Assembly: GCA_900541665.1 (NCBI GenBank)
Contig: UQKV01000005.1
Coordinates: forward strand, 962 to 64,961
Reading direction: 5' to 3'
Source of the DNA: an uncultured Collinsella sp.
Lineage (GTDB): Bacteria; Actinomycetota; Coriobacteriia; Coriobacteriales; Coriobacteriaceae
DNA length: 64,000 nucleotides
Position 1 is the stretch's first letter. The number at the start of each line of letters is the position of its first letter. Below the pieces are notes generated by a model that saw only the letters and a program-made list of their open reading frames with translations, had not been told where the DNA came from and searched no databases. This document shows positions 19,890-28,463 of the stretch, one piece after another. Position numbers and translations under genes: made by a program.

Positions 19890-21050
19890 CTAGCGCAACA
19901 TGTGGGCAACCAGCTCGGCGCGAGTTCCGATACCAAGCTTGGCATACACTCCTGATAGGCGGTTTTTGACGGTGCCCGGCGATACTCCCATATGGCGTGC
20001 GATTTCGGCGTTGGTCCACCCACGACAGGCGAGCATGGCCATGGTGAATTCCGTGGTCGTTAGATCGTCGGCCACGTCCTCGCCCGAATCAGGGTTGTGG
20101 ATGCGCCGCCAGCCGTAGCTGAAGCGGTACGTGATCTCGATGATGCGCGCGAAGTCGTCTGGGTATTGCGTTTTTAGGCACGCCTCGATGAGCCCCTGTA
20201 AAAGGCCGTGGTGCTCGCCAATGAGCTCGATAAGGCCGTCGGGGCGCGCAATGCCCCAAGCGGCTCCGAAGTGTGCCTTTGCGGCGTCGATGTCCTTGAG
20301 GCTCATGCATGCCATGGAGGCTGCCAGGTGCAGGAACAGTTCCGAGATCGGATAGCTTCCCTGTTTCATGATCAGGGCGTTTTCCGCCATGCCCAGGCTG
20401 CGGCCGTATTCGCCGCGCAGATACAAGGCGTGCGCCATCACGTAGCTGGCGAACAGGCGCAGGCCTTCGGGCAGATGCGCCGCAAGTGGATAAAACTCTT
20501 CGGCAGAATACGGGGAAGGCAAGTGCAGCAGGACGCTTGCGGCCGAGGCGAACAGGATATGCGTGGCGTGGATAGCGGATGATTCCTCGTCGGCCGGCGT
20601 ATCGAGGATGCCAGCAAGGCACCGGCGGGCGTCGGCGATACGGTTGAGCGACAGGCTGGCGTATCCGCAGATAAAGCATGCGGAATAGCGCAGTGCGGGA
20701 TCGGTGGCGTCAAGATAGGGGCGCGCCGTCTTGGCAGCGAGGGTGGCCTGCCCGCGAAAGTACAGCGCTTCTGCTGTGGCAATGGCGCGCGAATCGGGGT
20801 CGGAAATGCCTGCAACCGCAGCGTCAATCTGCCCCGGCACAAAGGCGGTGCACATCAACGGCATGGGAACGCATGGGTAGCCATCGCAGTCCATCTTCCA
20901 TCTCCCAACAGCTGGCAACAATAGCAGCAATTGTACTCCTGTTGCTCGGGACTGGAATTTGTGGGTATCGCCGACGATTATGCCGAACGTATAAAGGAAG
21001 ACTAGCGGCTCTCTTGAACCCGAGGTCGAAGGGGGCGTTGTACAAGGCAT
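19890..21050 (-). CDS. LuxR-family transcriptional regulator (N-terminal sensory domain + C-terminal HTH)
   Basis: The C-terminal LuxR HTH reads FTMAMLACRGWTNAEIARHMGVSPGTVKNRLSGVYAKLG. The true start is uncertain; internal Met codons near 20870 are possible. Confidence 0.7.
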   Translation of the reverse strand: MPCTTPPSTSGSREPLVFLYTFGIIVGDTHKFQSRATGVQLLLLLPAVGRWKMDCDGYPCVPMPLMCTAFVPGQIDAAVAGISDPDSRAIATAEALYFRGQATLAAKTARPYLDATDPALRYSACFICGYASLSLNRIADARRCLAGILDTPADEESSAIHATHILFASAASVLLHLPSPYSAEEFYPLAAHLPEGLRLFASYVMAHALYLRGEYGRSLGMAENALIMKQGSYPISELFLHLAASMACMSLKDIDAAKAHFGAAWGIARPDGLIELIGEHHGLLQGLIEACLKTQYPDDFARIIEITYRFSYGWRRIHNPDSGEDVADDLTTTEFTMAMLACRGWTNAEIARHMGVSPGTVKNRLSGVYAKLGIGTRAELVAHMLR

Positions 21051-21213
21051 ATGGGGCCGAGTGGAAGTGGATCAAAAGAGCGTTACTTGACGTTTCATGC
21101 ATAATGCCAACCGCCCCGCGACATCACGTTCGCAGCGCGCAGGGGCCGGAGAATCTTCGCGATGAGAGTTGACGTCTAATACCTTGCATCGTATAGTGTG
21201 TATAGCATAGTAT

Positions 21214-21555
21214 ATGACGAGAGGAGGTGTGCGGATGGAGGCCCAGATGAAGCGCGGCTTCCTGGAGGCCTGCGTGCTCGCGGCCGTCTCCGGCGAGGAG
21301 TCCTACGGCTACCAGATCGTGAAGGACGTGCCGGCGAGCATGGGGCTCACGGAGTCGACGCTCTACCCGCTGCTCAAGCGCCTGGAGAAGGCCGGGTGCA
21401 TCACGGCGCGCTCTGCCGAGCACAACGGGCGGCTGCGCCGGTACTACCGCATCACGGACGATGGGCGTGCGCGCATCGAGGAGTTCCTGGCCGAGTGGCC
21501 GTCCGTACGGGAGATTTACGCATACGTTGAGGGGGCGCACCATGACGCGCGATGA
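21214..21555 (+). CDS. PadR-family transcriptional regulator
   Basis: GYQIVKDV...TLYPLLKRLEKAGCI...RRYYRITDDG is the PadR winged helix. Confidence 0.85.
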   Translation: MTRGGVRMEAQMKRGFLEACVLAAVSGEESYGYQIVKDVPASMGLTESTLYPLLKRLEKAGCITARSAEHNGRLRRYYRITDDGRARIEEFLAEWPSVREIYAYVEGAHHDAR

Positions 21556-22165
21556 GTTTCTGGGCCGGTTGGGCGAGCTGCTTGCCTGCCTGCCGGCCGA
21601 GCAGGTGGAGGAGACCAAGGCGTTCTATGCGGAGGCTATCGCCGACCGCATGGAGGACGGTATGAGCGAGGAGGAGGCCGTGGCCGCCATGGGCGCCCCC
21701 GGCGAGGTTGCCGAGGCCACGCTCGACGACCTGCCCGCCGTGCCGCGCGCGATCGCGAGGACGCGCCGGCGCAGCACCGCGCTGCTGTGGGTGCTGACCA
21801 TCGTGGGCTCCCCGGTGTGGGTGCCGCTGCTCGCCGCCTTCGCCGCCGTGGCCGTCACGGTCTATATCTGCATCTGGGTGCTGGCGCTCTGCGTGTGGAT
21901 CGTCGCGGCGGCACTCGGGGGCGTGGGCGTAGTTGAGCTCCTGCTTGCCGTAAGCGGCGTCACCATCGGCCACTTCCCGTACGCCCTCGCCTCGGCGGGC
22001 GTGGGGCTCGGCCTCGTCGGCGTGGCGCTCTTCGTTGGTGCTGGCGCTTGGGCCGCCTCAAAACAAATTGCGCGCCTCTCGGCGCTCTGGGCGAGGAAGG
22101 CCGCCTCGCCCTTCTGGAAGGGTAAGGGCGAGAAGGGCGGCGCTGCCGCGCATCTCGCGGCGTAG
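21542..22165 (+). CDS. DUF1700-family membrane protein (PadR partner)
   Basis: The N-terminus is MTRDEFLGRLGELLACLPAEQVEETKAFYAEAIADRMEDGMSEEEAVAAMG, followed by TM helices. It overlaps the PadR stop. Confidence 0.75.
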   Translation: MTRDEFLGRLGELLACLPAEQVEETKAFYAEAIADRMEDGMSEEEAVAAMGAPGEVAEATLDDLPAVPRAIARTRRRSTALLWVLTIVGSPVWVPLLAAFAAVAVTVYICIWVLALCVWIVAAALGGVGVVELLLAVSGVTIGHFPYALASAGVGLGLVGVALFVGAGAWAASKQIARLSALWARKAASPFWKGKGEKGGAAAHLAA

Positions 22166-22171
22166 AAAGGA

Positions 22172-22462
22172 GTGAGTACCATGACCAGCGCGAAGAAGAT
22201 CTACCTCGCCGTGGCGGGCGGGCTCGTTGCCGCGGGTGTTGTCCTCGCGGGCATTGGCTTTATCGCTTCGGGTTTCGACCCGGCCGTGTTCACAACCCAA
22301 ATCGACACGCGCGACAGCACCATCGTGCTCGGCGGCGTCGAGGTGGACGACCCGACGGGCCTCCCCCTCATCGAGCAGCTCGCCGGAATCGGCGAGGTCG
22401 ACACCTCCGGCATCACCGCGTCCGAGTCCCCTGCTGCCCCGGAGGCGCCCACCGCTCCCTAA
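22172..22462 (+). CDS. small membrane-anchored hypothetical protein, possibly a truncated third gene of the PadR module
   Basis: It has one N-terminal TM helix and a Pro/Ala/Glu-rich tail. Comparable PadR-DUF1700 operons usually continue with a longer DUF4097-like protein. Confidence 0.45.
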   Translation: MSTMTSAKKIYLAVAGGLVAAGVVLAGIGFIASGFDPAVFTTQIDTRDSTIVLGGVEVDDPTGLPLIEQLAGIGEVDTSGITASESPAAPEAPTAP

Positions 22463-22624
22463 GCATAGCGTGCCCGGACGCCCCGTCCGTCGGGCTGTGC
22501 AAGCCTGTGGAACCCGGACCTCAACCCCAACCCAACCGGCCTCGAGCCTGCGTCGATTCGCTCCCCGTCCCGCGCGGGGGCCCATGACGCATACCCAAAA
22601 TCCATCCGAGGAGAAAGGAACGCA

Positions 22625-22942
22625 ATGACGACAGCCATGCCCCTCCGCCTTCACGGGGTCACGAAGGCGTACCGCGGGAGGACCGTCCTCGGCCCCATCG
22701 ACCTCGCCCTCGAGGCGGGGCGCGTCTACGGGCTCATCGGCGAAAACGGCGCCGGGAAGTCAACGCTCATCTGTATCGTCACTGGCACCGCCAGCCCCAG
22801 CTCGGGCTCGGTTGAGCTGTTCGGCGAGCGCGGCGGGCGCGGGCTTGCCGCCGCCCGGAGGCGTATGGGCTACATGCCCGACGCGAGCTCGGCCTACCCG
22901 GGGCTCTCTGCGCGGGAGAATGGATTTGCAACGGTTGCTTAA
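22625..22942 (+). pseudogene. ABC transporter ATP-binding protein, N-terminal fragment only
   Basis: The Walker A (GENGAGKST) is present, but the ORF stops after 105 aa, before the Q-loop, signature and Walker B. No continuation is found in other frames. Confidence 0.6.
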
Positions 22943-23111
22943 ACATTTTTTACAGGGACAGCCCTGCGTTCCTGAACTCAACTGGGCTCATGTAGACCAG
23001 TGTCGAAGGGGCAGTCGCCCCAGTCCGCGTACCAGACCTGTGTGCCGCCGAGGGAATACTTCCTCCAGTAGGGCCAGTGCGGGACGTCCATCCTCTCTTC
23101 CTTTCGGGGCG

Positions 23112-23561
23112 TCAGGCGCCGGGCCCAAGGCCGCACCTGCGCCCCAGCTCCGCCACGAGGGCGTCGTTGTCTCTGACCGAGACGATGGCGTCGCCGTCGT
23201 AGGGCGCCTCGATGTAGACGCGGTCGAGCGAGTTGGCCGTCCCCGCCCAGAGCGTCCTGGTGCGCCGGACGCCCCGCACGTGGGCGTAGGGTATCACCGA
23301 ACGCGTCCCAGCGTACACGACGACGAGGCGGTCGCCGTAGAGCTCGAGGCGATTGCTGCGGACGGGAAGGGCAGCCAGGGCCACGAGGGCCGGGATGGGC
23401 AGCAGCGCGAGCCAGCCCCATAGGAGCGCGGGACTCGAGCTCAGGAAACACGCGATACACGCCGCGGATAAACCGCCCGCCACAATCACCATGGCCGCTA
23501 TGAACCACGGGTCTGTCCTGCCGGGGAACACCCGCTCCGGCCGCTTGCCCTTCTCACCCAT
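23112..23561 (-). CDS. bacterial PH-domain (bPH_2/DUF304-like) membrane protein
   Basis: Two TM helices are followed by a PH-like domain (LELYGDRLVVVYAGTRSVIPYAHVRGV), with a GGAAGGG RBS. Confidence 0.55.
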   Translation of the reverse strand: MGEKGKRPERVFPGRTDPWFIAAMVIVAGGLSAACIACFLSSSPALLWGWLALLPIPALVALAALPVRSNRLELYGDRLVVVYAGTRSVIPYAHVRGVRRTRTLWAGTANSLDRVYIEAPYDGDAIVSVRDNDALVAELGRRCGLGPGA

Positions 23562-23659
23562 TACGGCCCTTCCGTCTCTTGCACCCCTCCCGGAACTGTC
23601 CGCATCAGTATAGCCAATGCTTTTTCTGATTTGTTGAGAAGCCGGCATTTGGGGGCATT

Positions 23660-24136
23660 TTGGATAGCGAACAGTTCAAACAAGAAGCTGAGAAAATAGA
23701 ACAAAGCCTGAGTGCCTTGAGAGTCGCCGAGCGCAATGCAGTGATTCCCTTTATGAACGGCGACTTTACCCAATGGGATCTATATCTGGCATCCTCCTCT
23801 GAGTATGCGATGAGACTGATAGACGGATTTATCTCCATGCTCGAATCGAGGAATCTTGTTTGCGTCGCCCAGCTTCTCCGCGCACAGGTTGGAGTCTGCC
23901 TGCGGACATTCGCGTTATTCGCCGCCGAAGACCAGGATGACTTTCTCCCAAAAGGCTGCCAAGTACCATGGCGTGAGCGTTGGGGTAGCCATCATTCAGC
24001 GTGGATACATCCGGATGCGCATAGATCCAGACGATTCCAACGTTCTCGTATTTCCCGTGCAGGTAATCGAAGAGGGCAAGCGACACCATGCGGTTGCCGC
24101 CGACGGTCACGACTCTGTCGGGGTTTTCTGCCGTAA
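23660..24136 (+). other. orphan ORF with TTG start in low-GC patch; its 3' half overlaps an antisense arginase-fold fragment and is probably not coding
   Basis: No ATG is available. Only the first 90-100 codons lie in AT-rich DNA, and there is no recognisable domain. Confidence 0.25.
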
Positions 24137-24236
24137 GCTTCCTCTGCGCATCCTGAATCCCCGCCAGGACTTCGTCCTCGGCATAGATGCGAACTGCCTC
24201 CCATTCCTCATATCCAAGTTTTGGGACGCGTTTCAC
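23829..24236 (-). pseudogene. arginase/agmatinase/formiminoglutamase-fold fragment
   Basis: VVTVGGNRMVSLALFDYL...IVWIYAHPDVST...NAHAMVLGSLLGE resembles the GGDHS...DAHxD core with degraded catalytic residues. The first roughly 80 aa of the fold are missing, and the sequence after LLGE is unrelated. Confidence 0.35.
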
Positions 24237-24266
24237 AATGCCGAGTGGAACCCCTGGACAGTCGGA

Positions 24267-25406
24267 TCACGTGGTGGCCCCCTTTGAGAGGGTCACGAGC
24301 ATCACGGTTCCGTTTTCGGAACTTGTTTCGACCTCTACAGCGCCACCGTGAAGCGCTGCAATCTCCCAAACGAGCGCTAACCCGAGCCCTGCGCCGCCGT
24401 ATGCCCTGCTGCGGGATTTGTCTAGACGAAAGAACGGTTGGAAGATGCTCTCACGGTACTGCTTGGGTATTCCCGGGCCCTGGTCCTCGACTCGCAGGAG
24501 CACGTGGCTGTCGCTGTCGCTGATGGAGACGTTGACAGTCGAGCCGGAGCGGCTGTAACGGATGGCGTTTTCGGCCAGGTTAAACACCAGCCGATAGAGG
24601 AGCGTGTCGCTCCCGATTACTAAAGCGTCTCCAGCACAATTGAGGGCTATGCCCTTATTTTCGGCAAGTGGCGCAAGGTCGGTGAGGACCTCTTCGGACA
24701 AGGGACCAAGTTCAACACCGTCCTCGCAAGGAACGCTGCGGAGCTCACTCATCTCGAGCAATACCTTGGTCATTCGAGACATGCGCTCGGTTTGTTCTTG
24801 TAGCAGGCTAAGCAACTCGGCTGTTTCGGGTTGCAAACCGGAGTGCTCGGAGATGAATAGTTCAATCTGTGCTTGCATAAGGGCAAGCGGGGTGCGCAGC
24901 TCGTGTGCGGCGTTGCCGGTAAACTGACGCTGTGCAGAGAACCCTTCACCAAGCCGGGCGATCATGTCGTTGAATGAGACGCTGCATCGCTGTAGCTCGG
25001 TGGGTACATCTTCACTGAGTCGGATTTCGCTTAGGTTGTCAGGCTGCACACGCTCAACCTGGGCTGCAAAAGCCCGTAGCGGTTTGAGTGCACGGCCGCT
25101 CACAAAGTATGCCAGCACGCCGCCAAGGAGTGTGACTCCAGCCGTGATGTACCAGGTTGTCGTGCCAAAAGACTCCTGTGCGTCGTTTACGACGATCGTG
25201 ACCTTGTCATCGGGGGTCGCTTTCGTTGGGTCGAACGCCTGGGGCGAATCTTCGCCGGTTGCGTTAAAGGCCGAGATGTTGCTGCCGATGGCATCCATGT
25301 AGCGCATGCCCGTATAGCCGACCAGGCAGTTCGTCAGCACGCACGCCGCACACGTCAGCAGTGCCGTCATAATCGTTATGCGCCATTGAAGGGAAAGCCT
25401 TTTCAT
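24267..25406 (-). CDS. sensor histidine kinase (2 TM, HAMP, HisKA, HATPase_c)
   Basis: The H-box reads AAHELRTPLALMQAQ, with a C-terminal ATPase carrying G1/G2 boxes. It overlaps the response regulator stop (ATGA). Confidence 0.85.
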   Translation of the reverse strand: MKRLSLQWRITIMTALLTCAACVLTNCLVGYTGMRYMDAIGSNISAFNATGEDSPQAFDPTKATPDDKVTIVVNDAQESFGTTTWYITAGVTLLGGVLAYFVSGRALKPLRAFAAQVERVQPDNLSEIRLSEDVPTELQRCSVSFNDMIARLGEGFSAQRQFTGNAAHELRTPLALMQAQIELFISEHSGLQPETAELLSLLQEQTERMSRMTKVLLEMSELRSVPCEDGVELGPLSEEVLTDLAPLAENKGIALNCAGDALVIGSDTLLYRLVFNLAENAIRYSRSGSTVNVSISDSDSHVLLRVEDQGPGIPKQYRESIFQPFFRLDKSRSRAYGGAGLGLALVWEIAALHGGAVEVETSSENGTVMLVTLSKGATT

Positions 25407-26077
25407 TCGCTATCCTCCATAACGTAGCCCTCTCCAATCCGATTGCGAATCGGGTCGTATCCCAAAGCGCTGCGTAGCTTTTTGCGGAGTGACGAGATGT
25501 GAACGCGGGTTGCGTTGCTAAAGCTGTTCACGCTGCTATCCCAAACGTGTTCGATAAGCTCCTCTTGACTTACCGGACGCCCCTGATTAAGCATCAGGTA
25601 TTCCAAGATTCCCGTTTCCTTGCGCGTAAGAGATAAGGCCTCGCTGTCCACGGAAGCGATGCGCGCCTTGGTGTCAAAGCGGAGCTTTCCACAGGTTAAT
25701 ACTATGTCGCTTTGTGCGAAGCGTCTGAGGGTGAGGCTGCGGATCCTTGCCGCAAGTTCGTCCAGATGAAACGGCTTGGTGAGGTAATCGTTGGCGCCGG
25801 CATCGAGTCCGGCGACTTTATCGGATACTTCGCCACGCGCGGACAGAATCAGCACCTTGGTCTCGCAGTCGGTTTTCCTAAGTTCCCTAAGCACGGTCAT
25901 GCCGTCGATACGGGGAAGGTTGAGGTCGAGTACCACGAGGTCAAAGACTTCGACGCCCAGCAGGTCGAGCGCCTCCTGCCCGTCGTGGCAGCAGTCGACG
26001 CTGTACGCCAAGTTTCGCAAGCTGCGCGCGATTGCATCGCACAGTGCTCGCTCGTCTTCGACGATCAAAATACGCAT
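25403..26077 (-). CDS. OmpR-family response regulator
   Basis: The receiver domain reads MRILIVEDE...LDLNLP...KPF, and the C-terminal domain is a trans_reg_C winged helix. An AAGGAGA RBS is present. Confidence 0.9.
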   Translation of the reverse strand: MRILIVEDERALCDAIARSLRNLAYSVDCCHDGQEALDLLGVEVFDLVVLDLNLPRIDGMTVLRELRKTDCETKVLILSARGEVSDKVAGLDAGANDYLTKPFHLDELAARIRSLTLRRFAQSDIVLTCGKLRFDTKARIASVDSEALSLTRKETGILEYLMLNQGRPVSQEELIEHVWDSSVNSFSNATRVHISSLRKKLRSALGYDPIRNRIGEGYVMEDSE

Positions 26078-26167
26078 AACAGTCTCCTTGCACATTCCAA
26101 ATCGCGCTTAACACGGATTTTATAGTCGATATGGTCCAATGGTCGCGTAACGAAAGGAGTGGTTGGG

Positions 26168-26314
26168 TTGTTCAAAGCGGTAAAACCCGTGGTACAGGTC
26201 GCTTTGTTGATCGTCGGAATTACCATGGTGTGCTTTGGTGTTATGCGTGGCGAGGCGGATGCCGTGCTGGCCAAAGCGATTAGGCTGTGCTTGGAGTGTA
26301 TCGGAATTGGATAA
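26168..26314 (+). CDS. small CxxC-motif membrane miniprotein (ends ...CLECIGIG), not in ORF track
   Basis: A TTG start lies 8 nt after the AAAGGAG RBS. The 48-aa product MFKAVKPVVQVALLIVGITMVCFGVMRGEADAVLAKAIRLCLECIGIG resembles, from memory, the small CxxC proteins found upstream of NapH-like ferredoxins in Clostridia. Confidence 0.5.
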   Translation: MFKAVKPVVQVALLIVGITMVCFGVMRGEADAVLAKAIRLCLECIGIG

Positions 26315-26339
26315 AAGAGAAAACACTGCGTCGCATGTT

Positions 26340-27209
26340 TTGGCCCGATTTCGCGGATTCATTCAGGCGGCGGCGACGCTGGTCACCAACATTCACCTGC
26401 CAAACTTTGCCAAAGGCGGCATCTATCAGGGCGCGGGAAAAACAGTCTGCGTACCTGGACTTAACTGCTATTCGTGCCCCGCGGCATCGGGTGCGTGCCC
26501 CATCGGGTCGTTTCAGTCGGTGGTAGGTTCATCCAAGTTCAACTTTTCTTACTACGTCACCGGTACGCTCATTTTGCTCGGCGTGCTGCTGGGACGCTTT
26601 GTATGCGGCTTTCTGTGTCCGTTTGGCTGGCTGCAGGAGCTGCTTCATAAGATTCCCAGCAAAAAGTTTTCGACGAAAAGGGTCAAGACGCTTACGTATA
26701 TCAAATACGTTGTACTGCTATTTGCCGTGGTATTGCTGCCTGTGCTGGTGGTCAACGATCTGGGGATGGGAGATCCGTTCTTTTGCAAGTACATCTGTCC
26801 CCAGGGTGTGCTCGAGGGCGCCATTCCGCTGGCGGCTGCCAATGCCGGAATTCGATCTGCGCTGGGACATCTCTTTACTTGGAAACTTGCCGTTCTCATT
26901 GCCGTGGTAGTGCTGAGCGTTTTGTTCTACCGCCCCTTCTGCAAATGGATTTGTCCACTCGGCGCATTCTATGCGCTCATGAATAGGGTGTCCCTACTGG
27001 GGATTCGGGTTGACGCATGCAAATGTGTCTCGTGCGGCAAGTGCTCAAAGGTTTGTCAGATGGACGTTGATGTGGTCCGCGCGCCCAATCATGCCGAATG
27101 TATCCGGTGCGGAAAGTGCATCGGGGCCTGTCCCGTCGACGCCATCAGCTATCGCTATGGCCTGGATGTGTCGGCGGAAAAGCTCCCCTTGACCGCCGAT
27201 AAAAAGTAA
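26340..27209 (+). CDS. NapH/MauN-like 4Fe-4S binding membrane protein (polyferredoxin)
   Basis: The N-terminal GIYQG...CVPGLNCYSCPAASGACPIGS and two C-terminal CxxCxxCxxxCP clusters are present. The start is uncertain, with TTG at 26340 or 26307; the ATG at 26335 is out of frame. Confidence 0.7.
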   Translation: MARFRGFIQAAATLVTNIHLPNFAKGGIYQGAGKTVCVPGLNCYSCPAASGACPIGSFQSVVGSSKFNFSYYVTGTLILLGVLLGRFVCGFLCPFGWLQELLHKIPSKKFSTKRVKTLTYIKYVVLLFAVVLLPVLVVNDLGMGDPFFCKYICPQGVLEGAIPLAAANAGIRSALGHLFTWKLAVLIAVVVLSVLFYRPFCKWICPLGAFYALMNRVSLLGIRVDACKCVSCGKCSKVCQMDVDVVRAPNHAECIRCGKCIGACPVDAISYRYGLDVSAEKLPLTADKK

Positions 27210-27238
27210 ACAAGCTTCGACAAAACGGAGGAATGACC

Positions 27239-28210
27239 ATGAAGCTTTCTAAGATTGCGGCCCTGTTTATGGTGCCAGTATTGGCCTTGTGCCTTGTGGC
27301 GTGTTCGGCGCCCAGTGGCAATGCGAGCGAATCTGCGAGCTCCGATCCTAAGATCGCAGAACTCACTGCGCAGAAGCCGACCAATGCCGATGAGGCCGCC
27401 GAGCTGTATGCGAAGCTCATGAAAAAGGAGAACGATATCCTTTCGAGTGATAACGCGCTGTGGGAAAAGGTATTCAATGCGGCAAATAAAGACTCGGTAA
27501 TGATTGAGGACGGCAGCAATTACGGCGATTTCCTGCTCAAGACCATCGACGGCGCCAAGGATGAGTTCACGGCGGATGAGCTCAAGACGCTCAAGGCCGG
27601 TGCGCAGCAGATCAAGGAGATCGAGGACAAGCTCGAGAGCTTGGAGAAGGAGTTCCCCGGCTGTGGAAGCACACCGAGCGAAGGCGAGAGCGTCGACGCT
27701 TCGGCCGCTGGCATGACGGCTGGTGCCAATGCTTCGAGCGAGGCGACGAAGTTCCCCAGCTTTACGGGCAAAGACCTGGATGGCAACGACGTGAGCAGCG
27801 ACGAGCTGTTCGCTAAGAACAAGGTCACCGTCATGAACTTCTGGTTCACCACGTGCAAGCCGTGCGTGGGTGAGTTGGGCGACCTTGAGGACCTGAATAA
27901 GGAGCTTGCCAAGAAGGGCGGCCAGGTCGTGGGCGTCAATTCCTTTACGCTCGATGGCAACAAGGGCGAGATTACAGATGCCAAGGACGTGCTGAGCAAG
28001 AAGGGCGTGACATATAAGAACATCTGGTTCAAGTCAGATAGCGAGGCCGGTAAGTTCACGTCAAATTTGTTCTCGTTCCCGACAACGTATGTCATCGATC
28101 AGAACGGCAACATCGTAGGGGATCCAATCGTGGGAGCCATCAGCTCCGCCGAGCAGCGCGCAGCACTCAACAAACTTATCGACCAGGCGATTGCGAATAG
28201 CGAGCAGTAA
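27239..28210 (+). CDS. TlpA/ResA-like thiol:disulfide oxidoreductase lipoprotein
   Basis: It has a lipobox (LVAC) and a C-terminal thioredoxin fold with WFTTCKPC. An ACGGAGG RBS lies 7 nt before the ATG at 27239. Confidence 0.8.
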   Translation: MKLSKIAALFMVPVLALCLVACSAPSGNASESASSDPKIAELTAQKPTNADEAAELYAKLMKKENDILSSDNALWEKVFNAANKDSVMIEDGSNYGDFLLKTIDGAKDEFTADELKTLKAGAQQIKEIEDKLESLEKEFPGCGSTPSEGESVDASAAGMTAGANASSEATKFPSFTGKDLDGNDVSSDELFAKNKVTVMNFWFTTCKPCVGELGDLEDLNKELAKKGGQVVGVNSFTLDGNKGEITDAKDVLSKKGVTYKNIWFKSDSEAGKFTSNLFSFPTTYVIDQNGNIVGDPIVGAISSAEQRAALNKLIDQAIANSEQ

Positions 28211-28290
28211 AAAACGCGTAAAGCATAGCGAGGATCGTGTGTCGCTGTGCGAAGTAGTCCGCTACCTTTCAAGATAAGCTCCACCATATA

Positions 28291-28317
28291 GAGGTCCCGC
28301 TCGGGACCTCTTCTTTT
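28291..28317 (+). terminator. rho-independent terminator
   Basis: gaggtccc-gctc-gggacctc is followed by TTCTTTT. Confidence 0.75.
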
Positions 28318-28463
28318 GAGCACCGTCCCGTTCGTTTTTTGGCGCGGTTCCCTACATTCCTCACTGGCGCCGGCAAAAAATGGGGATAGAGTAGGACAAA
28401 CACGTCGAATACGAACGGCGGGGGAGAGCGGGCAGGGTGCCTGCGCAGGAGAGGTTGCCGTCC

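Noticed and set aside
22978-23093. 37-aa minus-strand ORF MDVPHWPYWRKY... with AAAGGAAGAGAGG RBS
   Set aside because: A plausible RBS exists. It overlaps the end of the bPH gene and lies in the decayed zone, and a peptide this short has no supporting signal. It is mentioned only as a possibility.
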